64,000 bases of DNA from Bugula neritina (Eukaryota; Animalia; Bryozoa). Location: assembly GCA_964035545.1 (NCBI GenBank), contig OZ037766.1, forward strand, positions 30,010,640 through 30,074,639. Reading direction: 5' to 3'. Below the pieces are notes generated by a model, which was given only the letters and a program-made list of their open reading frames with translations, was not told the origin of the DNA and ran no database searches. Made by a program: the position numbers and the translations under genes. Shown here in pieces: positions 27,360 to 39,223 of the stretch (the first letter of the stretch is position 1; every line of letters begins with the position of its first letter).

Positions 27360-28609
27360 AGTAATAGTTCTAGTTTCTCTTGTACGTAGTGTAACTGATA
27401 TTCAGTACCGATGTGCTTATCACATCTCAATATACTCTCTCTTATGTACCAAATCTGCACGTGATTATATATCAAGTAATTCAGCTATCTGATTGGCTAT
27501 TTTTCTTTTGGTAATTGATCAATTGCAGAACTATCGCCAAGTGTGATTTGTAATAGAACTAGCACTGATTTACAATGGACTCCCTCTTAAAATCTGAAAG
27601 CAAAGAACCTGTAATATGTATTGTAATGTGACTACATATGGCTGACTTGTTCAGTATATTTAAATTCACAAAGTAGTAACTATCTTTTACTAATTTAGTA
27701 TGTAAGCTAACATTATTTTTGCAAACTATAAAACTCGAAGTGCAAAATAGATGTTTGTTGACTTTTTACACTGACTCACTCTAAGACATGAGACAGACCA
27801 GTATAACACCATATAAACTGCTTATAAGAAATATCGTACAATGCGTATATGTCTCTCAATTCTTGCTTGCATGCATGTTTATTCACAAATGATGCTCATG
27901 CAGCTAGAGTATGTGTAAGGCTAGTTAATCATTTTGAGGAAAAGGAAGAGAGCACAACTCTAATAGAATTAACGAGTTATCAGCTTACAGTTACCATACT
28001 TGTAGTTTAAAAGCTTCATAGCTCTTTATAAATGGATGATAATCAGTGCTTTCCATATCTCTTATTAAATTACTCAATTTTCTATAAAGTGTTATCTTTT
28101 GTATAAGTAATTATTTCACAGTCTTGCCCGATTATCCTTGCATGTTTGTAAAAATTAAGGGTATTTCTTTAACTATAGTTATAAACACATTTCATTTGAT
28201 CTACAAAATATGCTACAGTGATAATTTTTTTACCATTAAGGTCACCAATTGCTTAATATTTCTATCACATTGTCAAGCTAAAAAGTTTTATTTTAGGCTG
28301 TTAGATTTCAATGGTGATGTGTTTTATTGTGAAACAGCATTACTCTAATAAACATATAGTTATCTCTTTATAAGCAAATGTCATTGTTTATGTCACTTTT
28401 TCGAATCCAAAAAAGCTGCTCTGCAGTAAATTAAATAAATTTTGAATATATTTAAAAATTTTATTTATTGTATATATCTTAAATAGTTAACTTTACAAGA
28501 AAATACAAAGTAACATATACAAACAGTTCCAAAAGCAAAAATAGATTGAGAAGTTAAAGTAGAGAAACTTAAGACCCAATTAACACTGAGCTCTAAATTG
28601 CTTTAATAA

Positions 28610-29858
28610 TTAATATTTTTCACACATAAAATACTGAGCAGATGAGCAAGTTCCATCATCCCATTTAAGGTCTTTGTTGTCAGAAAATAGCCCGAGACAG
28701 TCTTGAGGGCCTCCTGCATTGTTGGGGCGTTGAGGGTACCAATCCTCTACAACTATGTCTTTCTTGAGTTTTCCATCCCATTGCCAGACACCATCATAGT
28801 CTCTTCCACCAATCCAAATGTATTTGTTGATATGTGCTTTCCATACTGCATCAAATAATAAGCAATTATAAGATCATATATACACACATATACTAAATAA
28901 AACAAATTAACAAGCATCAGCCAAATGTAAATATTTTTAATTCACAACCTGACAATTGAATTTCATTTATTAAAAGCAATCTAAAATAAAACTTGACTAT
29001 TGAAAATCAATTTTTTTGCATGTTTTGAAATGTTACTGATATATATGCATTTATTGCACACTTTTATGTCAAAACTGTTAATTTGAAACTTTTAGATAAA
29101 ACTTATAACGGTTAGTACATTTTTTCATAGTTACCTGAGTGAGTTTTTCTCATATGCTTAGCCCAGGATATAGACTCAAGGCTGTCAAACACAGCCAGTC
29201 TGTCTCTATTTCCTTCACAGTAGGCTTTGGCATCGTCCCATTTCTTTGACAACGTAACAAGTTTATAGCAGGTGCTAGAATGTGGATTGTAGAGATAACC
29301 ACTGGGACAGTTTACTCCATCTAAAACAATTAGTTGACTTATTTATTTTTTTTATGTTTAGAGCATCATTTCACCAAAGAAAATAATTTTTAAGCTTCAA
29401 AGTATTCTATAATGTATTTCTTACATAATATAATATTATATATAATAACTTGTATATTTTGTATTTATGTTCAACATTCTGAAAAACAATTATAATTTTA
29501 TAATTTGGCGAAAATTTCCCCAAAATAAAACAGCTTGTTTAATTTCACCAACTGAGTTATAATAGCATTGTAGATTTTCATTTACTTTATTTTTTTAAAT
29601 GTATGTAATTAATCTTGAAATTACAGTTTTCTTGTCATGAAAAAATATAACAGCAATTTGAACCATGCATAATCTGCACTAAAATATATAGGATAGATTT
29701 GTAGCTATATATAGTTGTAATCTAAGTTCTTATTCTTTCAATTTTAGACATAGATATTGATAGCTTTATAACTTACGTCCACAGACTGCATCACTCGCAT
29801 CAAAACAGACAGCAATAATTGCTGCCAATAGTAGACCACAGGCTATGCTCTTCCTCAT
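28610..29858 (-). CDS. Secreted C-type lectin D (167 aa; exons 29858-29777, 29320-29135, 28845-28610)
   Basis: Same 82/186/236 structure. Exon 3 reads VWKAHINKYIWIGGRDYDGVWQWDGKLKKDIVVEDWYPQRPNNAGGPQDCLGLFSDNKDLKWDDGTCSSAQYFMCEKY. TATA and CCAAT lie upstream at ~29937-29987. Not shown in the ORF track. Confidence 0.93.
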
Positions 29859-32574
29859 AGTAATAGTTTTAGTTTCTCTTGTAGTGTAACTGATATTCAG
29901 ATACTGATGTGTTTAAATTACATCTCAACCTTCTCCTTATATACCAAATCTCAAAGTGATTACCAAATAACTCAGTTTTCTGATTGGTTGTTTTTGTTCC
30001 TGTGAAATTATTGCAAAACTAATACAATAGTTCTTAATTTGAGTTAAGCTGATTCATAACCAAATAACTTCAAAGGCACATACATGTAAATACTGCAAAG
30101 TGTGATTGAGCAATGAAGAACGTATTTTGATTAACAAAACAATCATGTTAAACCAACAACATATTAGTCAACTGATACCATGGAATCATTTTCAAAAGCT
30201 TGCTATAATGTTTAGCATATTTATACATTTGGCTAAGATAAACAAGCAAAGTTATAGAAGATTCATATAATTTTGTCACTGTGCAATATTTCTAATGTTT
30301 ATGCATACTTCAATGCCAATTTCATAAAAATGCAAGTTGCACAATAAATTTCACATTGCAAATCACTGCATGACTGCAAACCACATACATTTATATATAG
30401 TAATTGTTGTATAATAATAAAAATACATCATATGCGTTATATTGTTTTTATTGCAAATATAAAATATTCACTAAATGTTATAGTTGGTCATTATAGAAGC
30501 TCTGCAAATAGTCTAACTAAAAAACTTTATTTTTTATTTTACGACAAGTGTAGCAGAAGAAAAATTCTACATTGAATCACCCAAACTTGCTGTGCAGTTT
30601 AAAATCTTAGTTTATTACAATAATATAATAAGTTTAGTTTGTTTTGAGATATAGCTCAAATTCAGATTTGATGAAAATTAACTAAAAATGATATTTTAGT
30701 GACACGGAATGCTCATGAAATAGATACATCAAAGTATCCTAGCTATTTGTATTTCTCAATTTGCATGAACTGTATATATCTGTAATCAAATGTTGTATTT
30801 TTTTGTTTCGGTTATAAAGTTACGTGCACTTGAAGATGCATAAGTGACATATTTATTATTTGTTAATATGAATGTGATTATAAGAACTGAAGTCTAAATC
30901 ATTTTAGAATGCCAGACAATCAACTAATATTACCACACCCAATGTAGTTGATCTATTCTGGTGCAATGACATAGTCTATAATATGAATAACAATAACAAT
31001 AATAAAAAGTTAGCACCAATTATGATGCATGCTTTAAGTTTTAGCCAATCATAAATCTTTGATTGAAGCCATAAATATAACAATTATTTCTCAAACATAC
31101 ATTAGTTTTCAAGTATTCAATGAATTTATTACATAAGCCTATCAGGTAACCATGGAAACACCAGGAACTACTTACTGTCACGCTATACATTTATAATATA
31201 TTTGGCTTTGAACTCTATATTATATAAAAAAACACATCATAGTCTGGCAGAACTTAGTTTCCTCATGACTGTGAGTAGATGATGGTAATTAAAATAATGG
31301 CATGTTATACGGCTGATATTATTGGTTTATATAATAGCATGTTTGTAGCCAATTATGTTAGGGTTGAACTACTATAGTACGTAGCGACAAATTACTGCTT
31401 GTTTATTAAACATCAAAGACTCTGATTGCAGTATGATTAAGAGGTTTGTACCTGAGTCAACATGTAATATTTAAGCAATAATTTTATCTTCAGTACTGAT
31501 ATATTATTAAAGTCACCATGGAAGCACTATAGTTATAAGTAAAATGAAATCTATGTAGTATATATTATATAGTTTCAAAACCAGACTCCGATTTCAGTTT
31601 GCGTTTTGCGTTTGGCTGCGTAAGAATTATCGAAGACAATTGATTCTGCAAAGTTGCAGCAGAAATTAAAGTATTGCAGTCTAGCTAGGTTGTTTAAAAA
31701 GCACAAGATTAACTATAAAAATTGTATATCTTGATGTTGCATGTCTAATTGTTGCTTAATATATTATTATAGGTAGCTTTGAAAGCTTTGGTAAAAAAAG
31801 CGATCAACATAACATGTGGTATAGATGTGACACAATCGATATTATGTAGCTGACATACGTAAAGCTCTTACTCTGAGCTGCTTCCTTACAGCTCTCAAGT
31901 AAAACATTCAGCACTTGTAAAATATATGTGCTAGTGAACAGGTTAAGTTATATGGCAAAAGAAGTAAGTTTCTCCAACATTTTTATTTCTTCAACAATGG
32001 TCGATGCAATTAATTAGATTAATGTAATTTTTTTACTTAGCTACGCAAACTAATATTTATTATGAAGCTACTTGTAAAGTAATATTTGTTATAGAGCCTC
32101 ATGATATATGCTTTCAGGCATATCTGCAAGTTTTCAATTAGAACATATGCTTAGGCCTACTATTGTTTTTATATGGCGTAGAGGTTCAAGGTATCATTAA
32201 TGAGAAAATAATACACCACTGAATATTCACTGCTATAATCTAGCTCACAGTATTTTGTACAATAAATTTTTTGACCCAAAATGTGCTGCATGCAGTAGAC
32301 CAACATTCTTATTATATTACCATAATGATCAGTTTTAATGATGCCAGCTGACTATTGCACCACAATATTTGGTTTAACATGTATTGCTTTTGCTGCATGG
32401 ATAGCTAGTATATAGTATGCATGGTTGCACTAGCTGGTGATATGGTTGCCACGGTGATTTAGTTACTATTATGATGTGTATATAATAATTATTTTTTTCT
32501 CATGAAACTTATGCAATGTAACTATAAAAAAAAAGCTAATTGATTGCTTTATAACTGTTTACTATATTAGGCAT

Positions 32575-32735
32575 GCTTTTAATTATTATTAATTTAATAT
32601 TTATTTAATATATTTATATATATATTTATATATATATTTATCTAATATATATAATATTATTTAGTATATTTAATATTTATTTAATATTTATTTATTTAAT
32701 AATTTATTAATTTTAAATATTTTAATTTTAATTAT
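32575..32735. repeat. A/T-only low-complexity tract
   Basis: About 160 nt almost devoid of G/C, made of degenerate TTAATAT/TTTAT units. Confidence 0.8.
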
Positions 32736-34294
32736 TGGCTAATTTAAGTTAGCCAATAAGAAGCAGTTGCTGGGAAAATCTTGAACAGAAACCCCACTTA
32801 TGACTCACCATGATGTCAGCTTCTGATTAGTCTATGACCATATAAGGGTATACATATTATAATCTTAGTGATACACTACATGCATACAAGAAATAAATAG
32901 CTTGTGCCATGTTATATATGTATAACTTTTTATCGGAATTAAGACACATAATTTAATTTGGAGAAAATTTATATTGCTTCGAGATAAACCATTTGCCACA
33001 CAACACAACAACTATATTATATAAGCAGTATTTTATTTTATTTCATTTTTTATGTCTCTATACCCAATTTTTGTTGAAGATTTATACGCATTTTTTATAG
33101 CACAAAAATTATGTTAAATAAATTAATTATTGCTACTTCTATATATAAATGTACATATTGTGATGACCCCTTTAGTGTGACATATGCTATAATAAATAAT
33201 TGTTGAACTTATCATAAGGCATGCATAACCATGTGCATATATATTTTGAAGTACTTACAATTTAAAAAGGTAATTCTTAAAACAAGGCAATTTTTACGTA
33301 TATCAAAGTATTACCAAATAAAAATTAATATTTAAACTAAGAACAGATTTTGTTGATTCTATAATGTAGATTTAGACTTTCCAAATTTTTCTTCAAATAG
33401 TTTTACACATACTGCAGCTTGAGCTACTTTAACTATAATAACGCTTACTTATACTTCTGCAAACTTAAGCCACTCAAGTGTGAATTAATTATATTCAAGA
33501 TTCCTAAATTAGTAGATGGTAAGGGTTGCAGCTTTCATGCATTTGTCAATTTCCATCAATAAAATACAAATAGATTGAAAAATGACAGGCAATATGCTTG
33601 TAATGTGTTTCTGGAGATATATACCCCTATATACAATAATATTATAACCTTTGCCTTTAAGTCGAGTGGTTTTTTATGCACATTAAAGTTATTTTCCCTA
33701 ATTGTACTTAATCAGTGTTATACAAAATGTAAGTTATTTCTGGGTTTATATTGTTTTCTATAAATTAGTGCCAATGCTTAAAATGGAATATTCTACCTTT
33801 GATTAAATGATTATAGGTTTTTTTTATAATACTTGACATACAAGTTATTGGTAGTGTTTGGGGCTGCATGTCTTTCAGATTGCATGACACCCTGTAATTT
33901 TATCATCATTTTTGTATGCCAAAATAAATGATATAAAAGTTTAAAGTTGTTTTTGTGCTTCATTAAACATGTTTTATAGTTATATTACAACTGTAACAAA
34001 AGGTTATATTATTTAAAAATTTTTTTACAATATTGCTTTATACATAAGACTGGCTTTAGAACTTTATTATAAATATACAAATTATATTGTACATCAAATT
34101 ACAAAACAAGGACATATTTTCTAGTCCAGGTGAATTTAATTTTTATTATGTAATACCAAGTCTTAAGTATGCTTTCTATTCTAACTATAGCTCTATACTT
34201 ATTTTAAACACATGTTTGAGAAGTATGAGGAGTTATCCTGCATAAATTCAATTTTTGGTCTGATATTGAATAACTCTTCAGAGTCATCTGCCCT

Positions 34295-36528
34295 TTATGA
34301 TCTTACAGATCTTGGTCTTACACATCTGCATCTCCTTTTACCATGTCTGTTGGTGCAGATTCTTCTTCTGTGAGGCCCACACTGACCATTCTGCAATTTC
34401 GAGTCTTAATTTAAGCATTCTAAAGACTATACTGAAAATTTATTTATTATTAATTACTTTATTGCTATAATGCTATGCATAGATATAATTAATATTTGTG
34501 CTAGTGATGCCCATAAATCAGCCCAATTGCATTATATTATAGATGTGGTACTTCCAACATTAGTCTTTTAACTTTTGATTTGAAACTAAAATAGTGTTGC
34601 GTACAGACTTTTCATAAACTAATTACAATAAGTTATATAAATTAGAGACTATTTTATCGAAACAGTGATAAATAATACTATGTGTAACTGCTAATATAGT
34701 TGTTATTGAAATACGTTATTTTATGCACCCGTATTATTCTGATTAATGATGTTAAGTAAAATAGTTTGAAGTTGTCTCCTCCTACCTTATTTCCACCTCT
34801 GACAGGTGTACATTGCGAGTACCCACAACTCCTCACTCTGCAGCACTTCTGTCTCCCGGTACATTCTGAGTCCACTTCACATCCCACAAAGTCAGCCCTG
34901 CATGGAGTACTGCCTTGTCTTCTTGACGGAGCTGGACAGCTGCCTAAAATAATGACAGTCATTAAATCAACAGTTCAATAATCAATTGTAAGCTTCTTTT
35001 TCACAAAATATGCTTTAGCTAAGGTTTGTGTTTTTTAAATAGAATATTTAGCATATTTTAAAGAAGATTATATTTTCAAGCAAAAGAAAGTATTGTAACC
35101 CATTTACATGACAATTGCATGTATCATGCTTGTTAATATTTTACCCTACTATTTAATGATAGTGTACATTCTGTACAGGAAGTTTGATGCTATACTTATC
35201 TAATTAAAATATGACAACACTTTTACTCTAAGTTTATTTCAAGAATTTTTTTAAATAATCAATCAAGCCAAAGCCTATAATTTGAATGAATTTAAATTCA
35301 AACCCAAATAAAATTATCCTTGTATGCAACAAAAGGAGCCATGCATGAGACACATTATAATTTACAACTTACAGCTATATAACATATGTGAATTTAATAG
35401 CAATCCACTTTTTGAAGCCAATACTTTTTTACAATAGCTAAATGTAATGGTAATTTTCCTTTTGATAAATTTATAACTCTCTCAAGCTATACTGTGCATT
35501 TAAATGTATGATATAGTTATTTATATGAGTAGAAAAATTATATTCCATTCATATATCTTTAATCATCTCATCAGCTATAAATGATTAAACTTAATCTTCA
35601 TTCGTAGTTAAAACTAAAGCTATAATGATGCTTTACTATACACTAAGTCAAACTAACTAGCCATTTCCAGGTCACTTCCTAATACTTCTAAGTGATTGAT
35701 TGATTTATTGCATATCGTAGAAATAACAAGTACGTAGACTGTTATAAACATATAAGTATAGGCTACTATAAGAAATTGGTACAATTATAGGTTGGGCTAA
35801 CAGTTAACAACATGAATCTTGAGCCTTTGCTATTTGAAGTTAAACAGATTTACCAGGTTTTGGTCTGGTTCTCAGCCCTTTCAGACAGTGCTTAGTCCTG
35901 AACCACTGGCAGCATAACTCTCCCCCACTGCAGTCAGCGTCTGAGTCACATCTTGGCTCATTGCTCGGAACTTCAAAGAAGGTCTTCGGGGTGGGGCATA
36001 TGAAGTTCTGCAATGAATGGTAAGAAGCCTATTGTTCACAACGCATTGTATGAGATATGTCATTTTCATCTTACATGCTATTTTCATAGCAAATGTATCG
36101 CTAGGCTTGATGCAGTTTTGTAAACTTGTAAAAGCTTAGTAATAAAAGCATTTTTTTCATTTTTTAAAAAAATTAAATGAAAAATTGCATTATTGAAAGA
36201 TAAGTTAAATAAGGCAAAAATAATAGCCATGACTAATAAATTATACACTGCACATTTACGTTTTCAAATTTAGATTAAAAATATATTCATTGGTGTATTT
36301 GAAACTCATGTTTCAAGCTTTAGATTTAAATTCCAAGTAGTTTTAAGTAATAAGTGTATAATGTAACTAAATGACTTTCAACCTGCAGTTAGAAAGAAAG
36401 TCTTTATATTTCATTTTAGTAAACATCTGTATTTGTTATGAGCAATGGCTTACCACCGGCGGACTTCTTTCGAAGCTGAGGCCAATGAGACATTCCAGTA
36501 AGACGAGGACTAACAGACATCTCTTCAT
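34295..36528 (-). CDS. Secreted double-WAP (four-disulfide core) protein with Arg/Cys-rich cationic tail, ~160 aa (exons 36528-36454, 36007-35854, 34943-34786, 34390-34295)
   Basis: Signal peptide MKRCLLVLVLLECLIGLS; 6-Cys WAP-like CP..CDSDADCSGGELCC..C; full 8-Cys WAP KPGSCP..C..CEVDSECTGRQKCC..CG..C. Phases 0/1/0 join in frame with GT-AG sites. A probable non-coding 5' exon lies at ~36837-36899. Confidence 0.85.
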
Positions 36529-39223
36529 ATTGTGGTAAGCTCTGCTAATAGTATACTCCTGGTAGTTTATGGTTGTAGCTTTTACTACAACATGCAAACA
36601 AAAAGTTTAATTAGCTATATTGTAAAACAATTATACTTATACACAATGCCTGTATTTGCGAACATCTTTACAAATGTTCTAAACTTCTAACCCGTTTATT
36701 AAAAAGCAGCTACATGTATATATGCCAAAAATATTTTCATCTAAATCTTGATAATAATATATTTGCTTACACAACACCCAGCATAGCAACACCGATAGTA
36801 TTATTAGAATTATAGCAAAGCAACTTTTAAACTTACCTCTTTAGGATTTACGAACACACGAACACACAACTTTGCTCGATGACTGCAACTAAGCAACTGA
36901 AGATTCAATAAACTTTGCACTAAACACTAGAATAAATACCAATGGAACAACCTGTTTTAATCTCCTATATTCAGGATTATCTGGTTAGAAATTTGGTTGT
37001 AAATTATTAGTCTTTCCTTGTGCCATTACGCGACAGCCAACACAATAGATTGCACTGATGAGTCACACATGCACAATCGATTGAAATTGTAACCAAAAGG
37101 AGACATATTTCAGTTATACAATAGATTACTTCACTGGTGGCACATGGTGAATAGGTAATTAGAAGATTTGAATAATTATTAGCACTTAGGAAGAGATTAG
37201 GTTAGAAAACCTTTTTAGAGACAACAGTTATCTAAGACACGTATTGCTTGTAAGACGTTGTTTTAATGAATCATATATCAAAAGAAGCACATCTTTGGTT
37301 AAAACCATCTATAAAATTGACAATTTCCTTGAAAAACAAAGACAGTCGACTACACAATGCAGACAAAATGTTTAAGTGGCATTTCCTCTACTGTTTGCCA
37401 TTTGCCTGTACATGACATGATCAATTGATTTTCCCCTCAAAAATCAACACTATAGTTTTTATATTGATGAAAAAGCAAATCAAAAGCTTGAAATGATTGT
37501 GCTAATGTACTAAATAAAAATTATAAAATACAGTATAGTAGCTTAGCATCTTCAAAATTGATGCGGTAAATTTAACATAGAAATTCTGAAGAGATTTGCA
37601 TAAATAAAATACTAAAGTTGAGCGTTACCAAGTAGCATATAGCAAGGTTTTAAAATTTATTACATTCAAGCTAAGAATTGTTTCATATAGTATTATGCAG
37701 CCTTCACATGTCAGGTTTATACTAAACTAAGTAAGTGTAACTTCAATTCCAAATACTTTGTGTTATAAATCGATTTTCCCAACTTAGTGGCCGAGCTTTT
37801 CACTATTCACTAATCTATCAGGTATTTTGTCTGATGAACAGATAAATTCTAATTAGGGGTTGCATGTTTTAAGGTAAAAAAGTGTTTTTGACTACACAAA
37901 TGAAAATTATAAAATATAATACCAACCTATAATTGCTAAGCAGATTTTGGTATAAGGAGTTGCCTGTTCATGAGCATTGCATAAGAGCTGAAGACAAGGT
38001 CAAACATATAGAGAGCTGGTTGGTAATGCCTCTGTTATATAGGGCAGAATTAAACTTGCAAATTCTGCCATATTGTAAATAAAACAGTTTTCTCAGCTGT
38101 ATATATATAGGGATCAAATGTGAAAAAGTTTTGTTTCTTGTTGACCACAACAACAACACACATTCACAATTAGAAGAAAATTATTTAAGTTTTGTAGCAA
38201 TATCAATAATTTGCAAGGCACTATGATAAATATAATGCACGTTTTTGTTAAACTTACTGGTTTGCATGCAAAGATTTATCAGTTTCTGAATTCGATCACC
38301 ACATAAATTGGTAGTAAGTTCAGTTTTTATAAGATTGAAGAAAGATTTATTTTGTTATTGGGTGCAATTGAAGCATACTCATTAAAGTTTTTTAGCCATA
38401 TTGTTCCTTAGCCATATTATTATTGAGTTTCAAAATAATATATAAGCGCCCTTACATAATTTTCAGTGAAACTTGCATTATAGCATCACTCGAGGCTGGT
38501 GATGTACCTTTACCAGCTTTATCTTTCACATAACTCTGAGACAGCATGAGATAAATGCAATTACCAAAAGTAGCGATGAGTCAAAATAAAAAGAGTTATG
38601 GGATGATAATGCTTTGAATCTGTGCCATTATCAGTTGTAAGTTAATTTTCCATGTTTTCCATTTCTCTATTTCAGTAATTCCTTTCATGTAGCTTTGAAT
38701 ACAAAGTGTTAAGAGATAAAATCTTACAGTTATTTTAGCTTAAGTAACTATAGTTACAGCAAAAGCATAAAGCAAACTTTATATTCTTTAAATAACTATG
38801 CTCCCAAAAAGACAATTATTCAAGATTTTACTGTAAATTTTAGATGCATCTTTTGTAACGGCTTTTTTCTAACAACACATTATGCATCAATATTCTTCGC
38901 AAGAATTTCTCCGATAACCAAATATTTGATAAAATGATCTTCTAGCTTTGATTTGTTATAATTTGAACAGGTTAATATATTAAAATTAGTCAACTTTAAT
39001 TTAGCTTGCAACGTTTTTGGCAATTTATTTGGCAAAAAATGTACTTATTCAAGCAAAAAACTCTATAAAATGCAATGAAAGAAGTTTCAAAAGATAAAAA
39101 ATTGTAGATAAAATGGCACATTGTTACACTATATGTTTTATTTTTTATATATTCATACAAACTTTGAAAACTTTTCGATTGAGCAAACTTCAGTTCATGG
39201 CTATATAATTATTTTTGAAAAGT

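Noticed and set aside
30000-34200. Short ORFs in the lectin-WAP intergenic region (e.g. 33575-33763) and similar 60-80 aa ORFs elsewhere
   Set aside because: No recognisable motifs, splice-consistent partners or paralogue support; expected by chance in AT-rich DNA.
37055-37095. CTGATGA...GAAA resembling a second hammerhead
   Set aside because: Stems I, II and III cannot form; better explained as an overlapping TGAGTCA motif.
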